64,000 nt of DNA from Abditibacterium sp. GTDB taxonomy: Bacteria; Armatimonadota; Abditibacteriia; Abditibacteriales; Abditibacteriaceae. The notes under the pieces are model-generated. The model saw only the letters and a list, made by a program, of their open reading frames with translations, was not told the DNA's origin and made no database searches. The DNA lies in the NCBI GenBank assembly GCA_965199495.1, contig CBDASK010000003.1:2432001-2496000 (forward strand), written 5' to 3'. This document shows, one piece after another, positions 38,414 to 48,469 of this stretch. The stretch's first letter is position 1. Each line of letters opens with the position of its first letter. Position numbers and translations under genes: made by a program.

Positions 38414-39538
38414 ATGCACACGATTCCCGGCCTCGACGCACTGGCGCACAACTCCGATCTGCTCGCGCGCCTCGAAAACCAGCGCTTGGGTTTGCTCACC
38501 AATCCAACCGGCGTCACGCGCGACGGCACGCCCGCATTAGACGTTTTGCGCGCCCTTGATTTAAACGTCGTCGCGCTATTTTCGCCCGAACACGGCCCGC
38601 GCGCCGACCGCGAGGGCGAGATCGAATCGGGTCAATCTGCCGAAGGTTTGCCGATTTACTCGCTTTATGGAGCCACGCGCACGCCATCGCCCGAAATGTT
38701 GGACGATTTGGACACGATTATTATCGATTTGCAGGATGTCGGTGCGCGCTTTTACACCTATGCCGCGACGATGTTTCATCTAATGGAAGCGTGCGCGGTG
38801 CGCGGCATCGCTGTTGTCATTTTAGATCGGCCTAATCCGCTCGGCGGCGGTTGCGAAGGCCCAATTATCGAGCCAGATTTGCAATCGTTCGTCGGCGTGG
38901 CTGCTTTGCCAGTGACGCACGGCATGACGATGGCCGAACTGGCTCACTGGTTCGCGCACACGTCAAATTTGGCGATTGATTTATCATTTGCGCCCATCGA
39001 AGGTTGGACGCGCACCGCGCGTTGGCCCGATACGGAATTGCAATGGCGCCGTCCTTCGCCCAACTTGCCCGATTTCACTTCTGCCGCGTGGTATCCGGGT
39101 TTGTGCTTGCTCGAATTTTGCGATTTCTGCGTCGGGCGCGGCACGCCAGCGCCGTTTCAAATTTTGGCGTCGCCCGATTTGCCCGCCGCCGAATTCGTCG
39201 CGCGCTGGCGTAACAGCGCGATTGCGGCTTCGGTTGTGGAAATCGTGCCGACGCACGCCAAATTCGCGAACGAAAAATGTCGCGGCGTGCGATTTACGGG
39301 CGAGGCGCCCAAAAATCCAGTTGCGTTTGGCCTCGAAGTTATCGCGATATTACGCGCATCTCACCCGAATTGGCCGCGTGCGGATTTCGATAAAGCGGCA
39401 CAATTGATTGGCTCGCGCGCCGTGATAGACGCGTTGTGGAGCGGCGATTTGGCGACGGCCCAAGCGATTGCGCGCACGGACGGCAACGCGTGGAGAGCCG
39501 AACGCGCGCCGTTTTTGATTTATGGCATTGACGAATAA
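38414..39538 (+). CDS. namZ: Exo-beta-N-acetylmuramidase NamZ family (DUF1343)
   Basis: GLLTNPTG, LFSPEHG, YSLYG, DLQDVGARFYTY, LDRPNPLGG, HGMT, PSPN. Confidence 0.88.
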   Translation: MHTIPGLDALAHNSDLLARLENQRLGLLTNPTGVTRDGTPALDVLRALDLNVVALFSPEHGPRADREGEIESGQSAEGLPIYSLYGATRTPSPEMLDDLDTIIIDLQDVGARFYTYAATMFHLMEACAVRGIAVVILDRPNPLGGGCEGPIIEPDLQSFVGVAALPVTHGMTMAELAHWFAHTSNLAIDLSFAPIEGWTRTARWPDTELQWRRPSPNLPDFTSAAWYPGLCLLEFCDFCVGRGTPAPFQILASPDLPAAEFVARWRNSAIAASVVEIVPTHAKFANEKCRGVRFTGEAPKNPVAFGLEVIAILRASHPNWPRADFDKAAQLIGSRAVIDALWSGDLATAQAIARTDGNAWRAERAPFLIYGIDE

Positions 39539-39580
39539 TAAAAAGTTAAAATATGAAGTGAAACAATCCAAGGAGATTCC

Positions 39581-40132
39581 ATGCAAAGCAAGAAAACCCT
39601 GATAGTGAGTAGCGGCCTCGTGGCTTTGGTGCTAACGGCGGCGGTTGGCATCGCCAACACCAGAACGCGATCTGTTTATGTCCCCAGCGGCAGTATGCTG
39701 CCGAATCTGCCCCTTGGATCGACGGTGTCGGTTAAGCTCAACGCTTATCAAAAAATAAGCGATGTCAGGCGCGGCGACATCATCGTTCACACGCGCACCG
39801 ACAGAGGACGGCGCGTGGACTCGCTGAAGCGGGTCGTTGGCTTGCCGGGCGATAGAATCGTTGCCATCGGCACGACTTTGAAAATCAACGGGCGCGCGTT
39901 GCCGCATAGACTCGTGCGTAAAGTCGGCAAAGTTTCGGTTTATAGCGAAACCAACGGCGCCGCCAGTTACGCGGTTCAATATGGCGATAACACTGCGCCC
40001 GCTCCGGCATTTCGCGGGGTTGTGCCCGCCGGACAGCTGTTTTGTCTGGGCGATAATCGCGATAATGCTTACGATAGCCGCTATCTGGGCGGCTTGTTTT
40101 TTGGCGAAATTCTCGGCAAAAAGGTGCCGTAA
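39581..40132 (+). CDS. lepB: Signal peptidase I
   Basis: PSGSMLP (Ser), KRVVGLPGD (Lys), GDNRDNAYDSRY. Confidence 0.88.
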   Translation: MQSKKTLIVSSGLVALVLTAAVGIANTRTRSVYVPSGSMLPNLPLGSTVSVKLNAYQKISDVRRGDIIVHTRTDRGRRVDSLKRVVGLPGDRIVAIGTTLKINGRALPHRLVRKVGKVSVYSETNGAASYAVQYGDNTAPAPAFRGVVPAGQLFCLGDNRDNAYDSRYLGGLFFGEILGKKVP

Positions 40133-40422
40133 ACCAAGGCATCAGGAGGCGCAAAAAAGAAAATTATCGTCCGATGCGGTGCGCCATACCGAGCGTTTGA
40201 TCGGTAAGAGCGTTGATATTTCCGTTTGTGGACGCCTATTTCGCCGCTCGCTTGCCCGATGCCGAAGGTTTCGGACGGGAAGATTTGCGTGTCAATTGAT
40301 TCCGCAACGGGCTTAAATGAAAGTTGTTAACTCAACTTAACAGTTGGCGCGAACAAAAGTTTGGGTCTGGCGGTCGGTTTTGGGATGCGCACAAAAGAAG
40401 TCGCATTTTAAAATCAAAAATT

Positions 40423-42096
40423 ATGAAACAGCTCAACATTCCCGCTTTGATTTGCGGCGGCGCGCTCGCGTTGTCGCTGAGCTTTGCTACGGCCACAACC
40501 AGCCACGCCGCCGAACCGAATGCGCCCGCTTCGACAAATAAAAGGCAAGTCAATCGCGCGCTCGCCGGAACGCGGTGGCAACTGACTTCGCCGACTTACG
40601 CCGGTTTGACTAATAAGCCGACTTTGAACTTCGACGATGAGCGCATCGGGGCGTCTGTCGGCTTGAACCAAATGGGCGGCACTTACACAATTGACGGCCA
40701 AAAGATGAAATTCGGGGCTTTAATTTCGACCAAAATGGCCGGGCCTCCCGCTTTGATGCGCGCCGAAACCCAATATGCCAAAGATTTGGATGGCGTTCGC
40801 AGCTTCCAAATTTCGCCCGACGGAAAGACTTTGACCTTGCGCGGCCAGAAAACTCTGACATTCGCGCGCGCTGGCTTTGCGCAAACCAATTCGCTCGCCA
40901 ATACCGAATGGATTGCAACTCTTGCGGGATTTCCTGGCATAACCGTCAGTGGCAAAGCGCGGGTCATCAAATTCACGGACAAAATTCTCAGCACATCGGT
41001 TGGTTTGAACCAAATCAACGGCAACTATAAAACTGCCACGTCCAAAATTGATATTAGCGGTTTGGCTTCGACCAAAATGGCTGGCCCGCCCGCGTTGATG
41101 CAAGCCGAAAACGATTACATCGCGGCGCTGCAAGGCGCGACCGAATATGAGATTTCGCCCGATGGCCAAACGCTGACTTTGCGCGGCAAGAAAACGTTGA
41201 CATTTTCGCGCCTCACAGTGCAGACCAATTCCCTGACCGATACCAATTGGGAATTGACCGATCCAATTTATGCGGGACTTAACAAAAAGCCGACGCTCAA
41301 ATTTACCGACAAAGCCACCGGTGCGTCGGTTGGGCTGAACGCGATGGGCGGTGGCTACACAATTGACGGCGCGAAAATCGAGTTCGAGCAGATGATTTCG
41401 ACGATGATGGCCGGGCCGCCCGCTTTGATGAAAGCCGAAGATAGTTACAAAACAGCTCTGGCGGGCGTCAAAAGTTTCGAGATTTCGCGCGACGGCCAAA
41501 CTTTAACACTACGCGGTGCGCAGACTTTGACCTTCGTTTCGACGGGCAAAACGGCGCAGGGATTTGTGCCGGAGCAAACCAAAATCATTAACGTCGCGCC
41601 GCAGTTGGGCGCCGAATTCGACGGCGACCAAACGCCGAAATATCTGCAACTCGAAGATTTGAGCGAGGGCACAAGCTGGGGCAAATTCACCGAAGCGCAA
41701 ATTATCGGTTTCGATTATCAGCCGGGCAATCGTTATCAGTTGCGCGTGCAAGTCGAGCGCGATGCCAATAGCGGCGAAAAGCAGTTGCGTTTGCTCGAAG
41801 TGTTCAGTCAGCATTATGTCGGCGACGCGAAGCTAAATCCCGGCGATAAAATTCTGGAAGTCGCGCCCACCAAAGTCAATGGCGTCGGCGTGGCTCCGAT
41901 GAAGTGCCTGCAAGTCCGCGAAGTCGGCGGCCCGTGGCAGAATTTCTACGCGCCGATTCAGAGCTTCGATTTTCAGGAAGGCTGGCGCTATCGTTTGCAG
42001 GTCAACGTCAGCAAAATCGCCAACCCACCCGCCGACGGTTCGAGTTTGCGCTACCAGTTGGTGCGTATTTTGGACAAAATGCCGGTGACGTATTAA
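40423..42096 (+). CDS. Secreted protein with three META (HslJ-like) domains and two DUF4377-like domains
   Basis: Signal peptide; three copies of SVGLN..GG.Y...STKMAGPPALM.AE...DG.TLTLRG; two F.(Y/F)Q.G.RY.L.V domains. Confidence 0.85.
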   Translation: MKQLNIPALICGGALALSLSFATATTSHAAEPNAPASTNKRQVNRALAGTRWQLTSPTYAGLTNKPTLNFDDERIGASVGLNQMGGTYTIDGQKMKFGALISTKMAGPPALMRAETQYAKDLDGVRSFQISPDGKTLTLRGQKTLTFARAGFAQTNSLANTEWIATLAGFPGITVSGKARVIKFTDKILSTSVGLNQINGNYKTATSKIDISGLASTKMAGPPALMQAENDYIAALQGATEYEISPDGQTLTLRGKKTLTFSRLTVQTNSLTDTNWELTDPIYAGLNKKPTLKFTDKATGASVGLNAMGGGYTIDGAKIEFEQMISTMMAGPPALMKAEDSYKTALAGVKSFEISRDGQTLTLRGAQTLTFVSTGKTAQGFVPEQTKIINVAPQLGAEFDGDQTPKYLQLEDLSEGTSWGKFTEAQIIGFDYQPGNRYQLRVQVERDANSGEKQLRLLEVFSQHYVGDAKLNPGDKILEVAPTKVNGVGVAPMKCLQVREVGGPWQNFYAPIQSFDFQEGWRYRLQVNVSKIANPPADGSSLRYQLVRILDKMPVTY

Positions 42097-42123
42097 TTAT
42101 CGTTGGTGAAGTAGGGGACGAAA

Positions 42124-42255
42124 TTTAACCACAAAAACGCAGAAATCACAAAAGGCACAAAAATTTCAAAAGGTTTGAAAGAACAATATCTATCGAAGAA
42201 AGTTCTACCAACTATTTTTTGTGCCCCTTGTGACTTCTGCGTTTTTGTGGTTAAA
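42124..42255. repeat. Palindromic element related to family G (ACCACAAA..CACAAA type)
   Basis: tttaaccacaaaaacgcagaaatcacaaaaggcacaaaaa ... tttttgtgccccttgtgacttctgcgtttttgtggttaaa. Confidence 0.8.
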
Positions 42256-42305
42256 GATGGTCAAATCTGACTCGCCAAATTCTACTTTTACTGCCGGTTC
42301 GCAAT

Positions 42306-42314
42306 TGCTATAAT
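42306..42314 (+). promoter_or_regulatory. Extended -10 promoter element (TGnTATAAT)
   Basis: tgctataat 14 nt upstream of ATG 42329. Confidence 0.5.
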
Positions 42315-42328
42315 GAAAGTCAAATTAT

Positions 42329-43813
42329 ATGAATTTTGCTCATTGGACGACGCCCCAACGCGAATTGTGGGCGCGTTTGCAAGCCTTCGATTTGGACGAA
42401 CCCGGCGCCTCGCTCGATTTCTCGCGGCGTCTGGCGCGCGAAAACGGTTGGACGCACCCATTCGCCAAACGCGTCGTCGAGGAATACAAACGTTTCTTAT
42501 TTCTGGCGATGAGCGCCGGGCATCCGGTCACGCCGTCGGACGAGGTTGATCAGGCGTGGCATCTGCATTTGGTTTATACGCGTTCTTATTGGGACGAATT
42601 GTGCGCCGACGTTTTGTGCGCGCCGTTGCATCACGGGCCGACGCGCGGCGGCGCGCGCGAGGGCGCCAAGTTCGGCGAGTGGTATGCCAAAACTCTGGCC
42701 AGTTACGCGCGTTTTTTCGGCGCCGACGCGCCCGCCGAGGTTTGGCCCGACGCGCAGACGCGCTTTGGCGAAACGACGCATTTTCGGCGCATCAACGCGC
42801 GGCGCCATTGGATCGTCGAAAAGCCGCGTTTGCAATGGCGCGCGCATTTCTCGCCCGCGCTGTTAGTCGTGTTGGCTTTGCTCGGAGCGGGCGGTGTGGC
42901 CTGGGGCGCGCAGTTGGGTTGGAACGTGTGGAATTGGTATGGCCCTGAGTTTCTGACGCTGTTCTGGCTGCTCACTTTCGCCGGTTTTGCGGGCATAATT
43001 TGGGCGCATCGAACGTGGAATGTACCCCACGACGAGCAGTTGCCGCTGCAAAAATTGGACGCTTATTCCATCGCCCGTTTGAGCGACGAAGGCGAGAATT
43101 TGCCGATTGATGCGGCGCTGGCTCACATGATTCAAGATGGACGCATTGGTGTCGAAAGCAATGGCGTCGTTAGCCGAATTGGAGCGATGCCAACAGATGA
43201 TTGGGAACGTTTGGTGTGGGACAAAATCGGCGTTGGCACGCGACAAATCGCGATGTTGCGCGCGGAACTCAAACCCTCGTTAAACCGCTTCGATGGCGAA
43301 TTGGAACGTTTGGGATTGTTTATCGCGCCCGCAGCGCGCGCGCAAATTGGGACGATTTCGGTGATGGTGCCGACGCTTTTGCTGATGCTGGGCGGCTCGA
43401 AAATTTTGGTTGGATTAAGTCGCGGGCGCCCGGTCGGATTTCTCCTCATTTCGTGCGTCCTCGTTTTGGTCGCGATGGCAATCGCGTGGAGCAATGTTCC
43501 GCGCCGCAGTCGGCGCGGTGACGCGTTTCTCGAACGTTTACGCGCCACACACCGGCGCGGCAGTTTGAGTTTGCCGCCGCTTTCCGATACGGCGCCAGCC
43601 AACGATGCAGCCACGGCGAGCGCGTTGGTTCTGGGCATGGCGTTGTGGGGCGCGAATGAAATGGACGCGTTCGGTCTGGGGCAGCAACGCCGCCTGATGC
43701 AGCCACCGCCCGCCAGTAGCGGCGGAAGTAGCGACGGCGGTTGCAGTTCCGATAGCGGCGGGTGTGGCGGTGGAGGATGTGGCGGCGGCGGGTGCGGAGG
43801 TTGTGGCAGTTGA
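42329..43813 (+). CDS. TIGR04222-domain membrane protein fused to an N-terminal GRDP-like domain, with Gly/Cys-rich tail
   Basis: EEYKRFLFL..PSDEVDQAWHLH; GPEFL; GLSRGRPVGFL; terminal GGCSSDSGGCGGGGCGGGGCGGCGS. Confidence 0.82.
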   Translation: MNFAHWTTPQRELWARLQAFDLDEPGASLDFSRRLARENGWTHPFAKRVVEEYKRFLFLAMSAGHPVTPSDEVDQAWHLHLVYTRSYWDELCADVLCAPLHHGPTRGGAREGAKFGEWYAKTLASYARFFGADAPAEVWPDAQTRFGETTHFRRINARRHWIVEKPRLQWRAHFSPALLVVLALLGAGGVAWGAQLGWNVWNWYGPEFLTLFWLLTFAGFAGIIWAHRTWNVPHDEQLPLQKLDAYSIARLSDEGENLPIDAALAHMIQDGRIGVESNGVVSRIGAMPTDDWERLVWDKIGVGTRQIAMLRAELKPSLNRFDGELERLGLFIAPAARAQIGTISVMVPTLLLMLGGSKILVGLSRGRPVGFLLISCVLVLVAMAIAWSNVPRRSRRGDAFLERLRATHRRGSLSLPPLSDTAPANDAATASALVLGMALWGANEMDAFGLGQQRRLMQPPPASSGGSSDGGCSSDSGGCGGGGCGGGGCGGCGS

Positions 43814-43829
43814 CGCGCTTTTCCAAATC

Positions 43830-44540
43830 ATGAAAAATTTTTTCAAACCCGTGGTTTTAGTTGCCCTTTTCCCCATACTCCACGGTTGCACGCGAACGCA
43901 AGCCGAAATCGGCCAAACCGCAGACGCAATCCCGCAAACCGTCGCGCAGCAAAAACCAGTGCCGACTGCGACGCCGATGAATCCGTGGGAAGAATCGGCG
44001 GTGCGTCGCGTCAACGTCCAAAATCCCATCGCCGCCAAAATCGTCAAAGCCGCGCGCGCGCAGGAAAGCGATAATTACGATCCGTCCTATCAATCCATCA
44101 AATACCCCGGCGGCGACGTGGCTGCGGGGCGCGGCGCCTGCACCGATGTCGTCATTCGCGCTTTGAGAGGCGCCAATATTGACCTGCAAAAGTTGGTTCA
44201 CGAAGACATGAAACGCAATTTTCGCGCTTACGGCGATCATTGGGGTTTGGGCCACACCGACAAAAATATTGACCATCGCCGCGTGCCCAATCTGATGATA
44301 TTTTTCGCGCGTCACGGCAAAACTCTGTCGCTTTCGACCGATAAAGCTAACCTGAAAAATTGGCAGCCGGGCGATATTATTTGCTGGAAATTGCCGGGCA
44401 ATCTCAATCATATCGGCGTCGTTTCCAACGGCATCGGCGCGCGTGGTTTGCCGCTCGTGATTCATAATGCACAGCAGTGCATCGAGCAGGATTATTTGGA
44501 CGAATGGCCGATTACAGGTCATTATCGATATCCCAAATAA
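43830..44540 (+). CDS. DUF1287-family lipoprotein
   Basis: Lipobox ILHGC; YDPSY..I.YPGGDV...GACTDVVIRA, DKNIDHRRVPNL, HIGVVS, IHN. Confidence 0.88.
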   Translation: MKNFFKPVVLVALFPILHGCTRTQAEIGQTADAIPQTVAQQKPVPTATPMNPWEESAVRRVNVQNPIAAKIVKAARAQESDNYDPSYQSIKYPGGDVAAGRGACTDVVIRALRGANIDLQKLVHEDMKRNFRAYGDHWGLGHTDKNIDHRRVPNLMIFFARHGKTLSLSTDKANLKNWQPGDIICWKLPGNLNHIGVVSNGIGARGLPLVIHNAQQCIEQDYLDEWPITGHYRYPK

Positions 44541-44576
44541 TTCGTTATTACGCACAAGAAGAACACAAAAGACACA

Positions 44577-45071
44577 CTACTCTTTCAGCGGTCGCCACTT
44601 GCCGTCCGCTTGTTTGCGCCAGCCAAATGTGTAGTCCTCATGCAAATCTCGTTCAGTATCATAGGCAATACGTTGTTGAGCAGTCACTAACGCAGAGGAT
44701 TCGCCCGCTTTATCCGCACGAGGCCGCAAAACGTTCCACACCTGATCCACTTCTTTCTTTAAAGCCTTTAAGTCGGTTTTGGGCAAATCCGTGATATAGG
44801 TAAACCTCAACGCGGGCGGTTCAGTGCTATTTTCGTTGAAAATTACGAGCGCAGTTCTGAGTAGAGTGAGCTGCTTCCCAGACGCGATTTTGATTTTTTC
44901 CAACTTCTCTATTTTTGTGTCCAACTCTTTTTGATCGATAACTTTCAGCTCATCAGTCGAAATCTTGGCGTAAAAGTTGGCGTGACATCCGCCGAGAATT
45001 ACCGATATTAAAGCGCAAGTCAAAGGCTTTGTGACGGATGAAATTCTCTTCAGAATTTGTGCAAGATTCAT
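44577..45071 (-). CDS. Hypothetical lipoprotein (AT-rich)
   Basis: 164 aa ORF with lipobox ILGGC; visibly lower GC than neighbours. Confidence 0.6.
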   Translation of the reverse strand: MNLAQILKRISSVTKPLTCALISVILGGCHANFYAKISTDELKVIDQKELDTKIEKLEKIKIASGKQLTLLRTALVIFNENSTEPPALRFTYITDLPKTDLKALKKEVDQVWNVLRPRADKAGESSALVTAQQRIAYDTERDLHEDYTFGWRKQADGKWRPLKE

Positions 45072-45277
45072 GATGGCCTTTGACTATAAATGCTCTCTCA
45101 CATTTTAATTCCCGTTGAGGATAAAGTCAATTAGCGTTACCTTATGCTGTTCTTGCGCAGTAATCAAAAGTGTTATCGAGAGGAAATAAATACGTGCTTT
45201 CAAGCTGAGTCGGCACCAAAACGCGCCGGGCGCGTCTGAGTTTGCTAACCTTTGGAAGCGTAAAAGGGAATTAAAAT

Positions 45278-46633
45278 ATGGCAATGTTTGGCGAAGACCG
45301 CGAAAATTTGCGGTGCTCTTTCTGTGGCAAGCGCCGCGAACAAGTGAACAACTTAATCGCGGGCGCGGGCGTTTATATCTGCAACGAATGCGTCGAGTTG
45401 TGCAATGGCATTCTCACCAAAGAGGGCGGCCCCGAAATCGTCGAAGACGACGATTTGCCTTTGGGCACGATGGGCGGCTTGCCCAAACCCCGCGAAATCT
45501 TCGATGTTTTGGGACAATACGTGATCGGCCAAGAACGCGCCAAGCGTTTATTGTCGGTCGCGGTTTATAACCATTACAAGCGGCAGGCGATTCTGGAAAA
45601 CGGCCCGTCGCGCGATGGCGTCGAACTCGAAAAATCGAACATTTTGCTGATCGGCCCGACTGGTTCCGGCAAAACGTTGTTGGCGCGCAGTCTGGCGCGC
45701 ATCATGGATGTGCCGTTTTGCATTGCCGACGCGACTTCTTTGACCGAAGCCGGTTATGTCGGCGAAGATGTCGAATCCATTTTGGTGCGTTTGTATCAGG
45801 CCGCCGATGGCGATATTGAGGCGGCGCAGCGCGGCATCGTTTTCATTGACGAAATTGACAAAATCAATCGGAAAAGTGACAATCCGTCCATCACGCGCGA
45901 CGTTTCGGGCGAAGGCGTGCAGCAGGGATTGTTGAAGATTTTGGAAGGCACGGTCGCGACCTTTCCACCGCAAGGCGGGCGCAAACATCCGCAGGGCGAA
46001 AATCAGGTCAATCTCGATACGAGCGGGATTCTGTTTATTTGTAGCGGCGCTTTCGAGGGTTTGGAAGCGGTTATCGAGCGTCGCGTGCGTTCTTCGAGTC
46101 TGGGCTTTCGCGCCAAGCCGGAAGGCAAAATCGAGGATTCGATGGAGCGCGCCAAGCTGTTCGCCCAAGCCACGCCGGACGACTTGATGAAATTCGGCTT
46201 CATTCCCGAATTTATCGGACGTTTGCCGGTTTTGGCCACGCTCGATCCATTATCGGAAGAAGCGATGATTTCGATTTTGACTGAGCCGAAAAACTCGCTG
46301 GTCAAGCAATACTCGAAAATGCTGCTGGCCGATGGCGTTGACCTGAAATTCACCGAAGGCGCTTTGAAAGCCATCGCGCACGAAGCGATGTCGCGCCGGA
46401 CGGGCGCGCGCGCTTTGCGTTCGATTTTGGAAGACACCATGACCGGCGTAATGTTCGACGTGCCCAGCCAAAAAGGCATTGCGCAGTGCGTGATTGACGC
46501 GGAAAACATCATCGAAAAAACCGAGCCGAAACTGATTTCGCGCGAGCAAATTTTGGCCGAAACGCGCGAACGCATGCGCGCAGAACGCGCGACGGACGAC
46601 GAGGAAACTCGGCCCGATTTGGAAGTCGCTTAA
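45278..46633 (+). CDS. clpX: ATP-dependent Clp protease ATP-binding subunit ClpX
   Basis: CSFCG...CNEC zinc finger, [30 protein letters not shown] loop. Confidence 0.97.
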   Translation: MAMFGEDRENLRCSFCGKRREQVNNLIAGAGVYICNECVELCNGILTKEGGPEIVEDDDLPLGTMGGLPKPREIFDVLGQYVIGQERAKRLLSVAVYNHYKRQAILENGPSRDGVELEKSNILLIGPTGSGKTLLARSLARIMDVPFCIADATSLTEAGYVGEDVESILVRLYQAADGDIEAAQRGIVFIDEIDKINRKSDNPSITRDVSGEGVQQGLLKILEGTVATFPPQGGRKHPQGENQVNLDTSGILFICSGAFEGLEAVIERRVRSSSLGFRAKPEGKIEDSMERAKLFAQATPDDLMKFGFIPEFIGRLPVLATLDPLSEEAMISILTEPKNSLVKQYSKMLLADGVDLKFTEGALKAIAHEAMSRRTGARALRSILEDTMTGVMFDVPSQKGIAQCVIDAENIIEKTEPKLISREQILAETRERMRAERATDDEETRPDLEVA

Positions 46634-46635
46634 AC

Positions 46636-46670
46636 AAAACGCCGCGAATCGAATGATTCGCGGCGTTTTT
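46636..46670 (+). terminator. clpX terminator
   Basis: aaaacgccgcgaatc-gaat-gattcgcggcgttttt. Confidence 0.8.
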
Positions 46671-46732
46671 ATATTGAGATAATGCGATAACGTTTCATAA
46701 TGTGAAGGCTATATGAAAGCGGGGTTTGCGCT

Positions 46733-46911
46733 CAGGGCAAAGGCACACCAAATTGAGCGTGAAATGTAGGGTCACCGGCTTGCCGTGACCGCAAACGTCA
46801 ATTGAATTTGTTGCCTGACAAGAGCTTGATCGACCTGAAGCCGTGACGTTTGCGGTCACGGCAAGCCGGTGACCCTACATTTCACGCTCAATTTGGTGTG
46901 CCTTTGCCTTG
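46733..46911. mobile_element. MITE copy 2 carrying the same GTAG-REPIN
   Basis: TIR cagggcaaaggcacaccaaattgagcgtgaa; flanking direct repeat gggtttgcgct (46722-46732, 46912-46922). Confidence 0.85.
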
Positions 46912-47018
46912 GGGTTTGCGCTCTCTTTCAATCGGGACGTGAGGGAAAACCACGATAAGAACAGGAAGTAAGTCTCGCTAATTGACGTGGCTGGCGAGTT
47001 ATGCAAGAAGCCTAAAAC

Positions 47019-47051
47019 AAAAAAGACCGCAGCGTTTGCTGCGGCCTTTTT
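47019..47051 (-). terminator. recA terminator
   Basis: aaaaaagaccgcagc-gttt-gctgcggccttttt. Confidence 0.7.
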
Positions 47052-47060
47052 GGATAAATT

Positions 47061-48170
47061 CTACTCTTCGTCATCCAAATCTTCGTCCACTTCCGGCACT
47101 TCGGCAGTTGGGTCAACCGGGTCGGTTTCCTCGACCGGGCCGTCCAGGCCCATCGCCACGCGGACTTTGGCTTCGATGATGTCGGCTTCTTCGGGATGTT
47201 CCTGCAAATAGGCGCGCGCCGAATCGCGGCCCTGAAAGCGTTCTTCGCCGATGGTGAACCAGGCGCCACCTTTTTGCACGGCGCCCACGCGCACGCCCAA
47301 ATCCAAGATATCGCCGTATTTGTTGATGCCCTTGCCAAAAATTACGTCGAACTCGGCGTCTCGAAACGGCGGCGCGATTTTGTTCTTGGGAATCGAAACT
47401 TTGGTGCGGCTGCCGATCTGAACCGTGCCGTCCTTAATCGCCTCGCCGCGCGAAACGCGCATACGAACCGACGCGAAAAACTTCAGCGCGCGTCCGCCGG
47501 GCGTGGTTTCGGGCGAGCCATACATCACACCGATTTTCTCGCGAATCTGGTTGATGAAAATCACCGTCGTGCCCGCGCGGCCCGCCGTCGAAGCCAGTTT
47601 GCGACACCCTTGGCTCATCATACGCGCCATCGTGCCGACCTGCAAATCGCCCATTTCGCCCTCGACTTCGGCGCGTGGTACCAGCGCCGCGACCGAGTCA
47701 ATCACGATCAAATCAATGGCGCCCGAACGAATCAGCGTGTCGGCGATTTCCAACGCCTGTTCGCCGTTGTCGGGTTGCGAAATATACAAATTGTCAATAT
47801 CAACGCCCAAAGTCTGTGCGTAAGTCGGATCGAGCGCGTGTTCGGCATCAATAAAGGCCGCAATGCCGCCTTTCTTCTGACATTCGGCGACGCAGTGCAA
47901 GGTCAGCGTCGTTTTGCCGCCGCCCTCGGCGCCGAAAATTTCGACTAAACGGCCTTTGGGCAAGCCGCCGCCCAGAGCCACGTCGAGCGACAGGCTGCCC
48001 GTCGGCGTCGTGTCCACTTTCATGTGCGCGCGCTCGCCCAGACGCATGATGGAGCCTTTGCCAAACGTCTTTTCCATGCGCGAAACCGCTTCGGAGAGCG
48101 ATTTCTGTTTGTCCGTCACTTTGCCGTCCATGATCGGCACCATCTTAGTTGATTCGGTTGATTTAGCCAT
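47061..48170 (-). CDS. recA: Recombinase RecA
   Basis: [48 protein letters not shown]; start placed at ATG 48170. Confidence 0.97.
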   Translation of the reverse strand: MAKSTESTKMVPIMDGKVTDKQKSLSEAVSRMEKTFGKGSIMRLGERAHMKVDTTPTGSLSLDVALGGGLPKGRLVEIFGAEGGGKTTLTLHCVAECQKKGGIAAFIDAEHALDPTYAQTLGVDIDNLYISQPDNGEQALEIADTLIRSGAIDLIVIDSVAALVPRAEVEGEMGDLQVGTMARMMSQGCRKLASTAGRAGTTVIFINQIREKIGVMYGSPETTPGGRALKFFASVRMRVSRGEAIKDGTVQIGSRTKVSIPKNKIAPPFRDAEFDVIFGKGINKYGDILDLGVRVGAVQKGGAWFTIGEERFQGRDSARAYLQEHPEEADIIEAKVRVAMGLDGPVEETDPVDPTAEVPEVDEDLDDEE

Positions 48171-48447
48171 AGTTTTTCTCGTTAATTTCTCAGCCGCGAG
48201 CACGCTTTTAACGCCCCTCATTCGCTGGCATTCTTGACGCATTAGAGCAGTCTTCGTTGCCTCCAATGTTTTCACTTTATCGAATGACACCGAGATTTTA
48301 CCGCGTATTCAATGAAAGCGCAAGGGGCGAATCTCACATTGGCGAAAAAGTGAATGGCCGGAGGTTTGATATTTCGATTTTAACCGATAATTGGCTTTGG
48401 CTTTGGCGCGGGAATGCCCTGTTTTACCGGCCAATCACGCGGCGATT

Positions 48448-48456
48448 TGCTATAAT
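48448..48456 (+). promoter_or_regulatory. Extended -10 promoter element (TGnTATAAT)
   Basis: tgctataat 13 nt upstream of ATG 48470. Confidence 0.5.
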
Positions 48457-48469
48457 CAAGGGCAAACTT

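Noticed and set aside
40133..40422. Possible sRNA or small ORF in the lepB-META intergenic region
   Set aside because: No recognisable RNA family, stable structure or credible ORF
48171..48469. LexA/SOS box upstream of recA
   Set aside because: No convincing GAAC-N4-GTTC or CTGT-N8-ACAG palindrome seen
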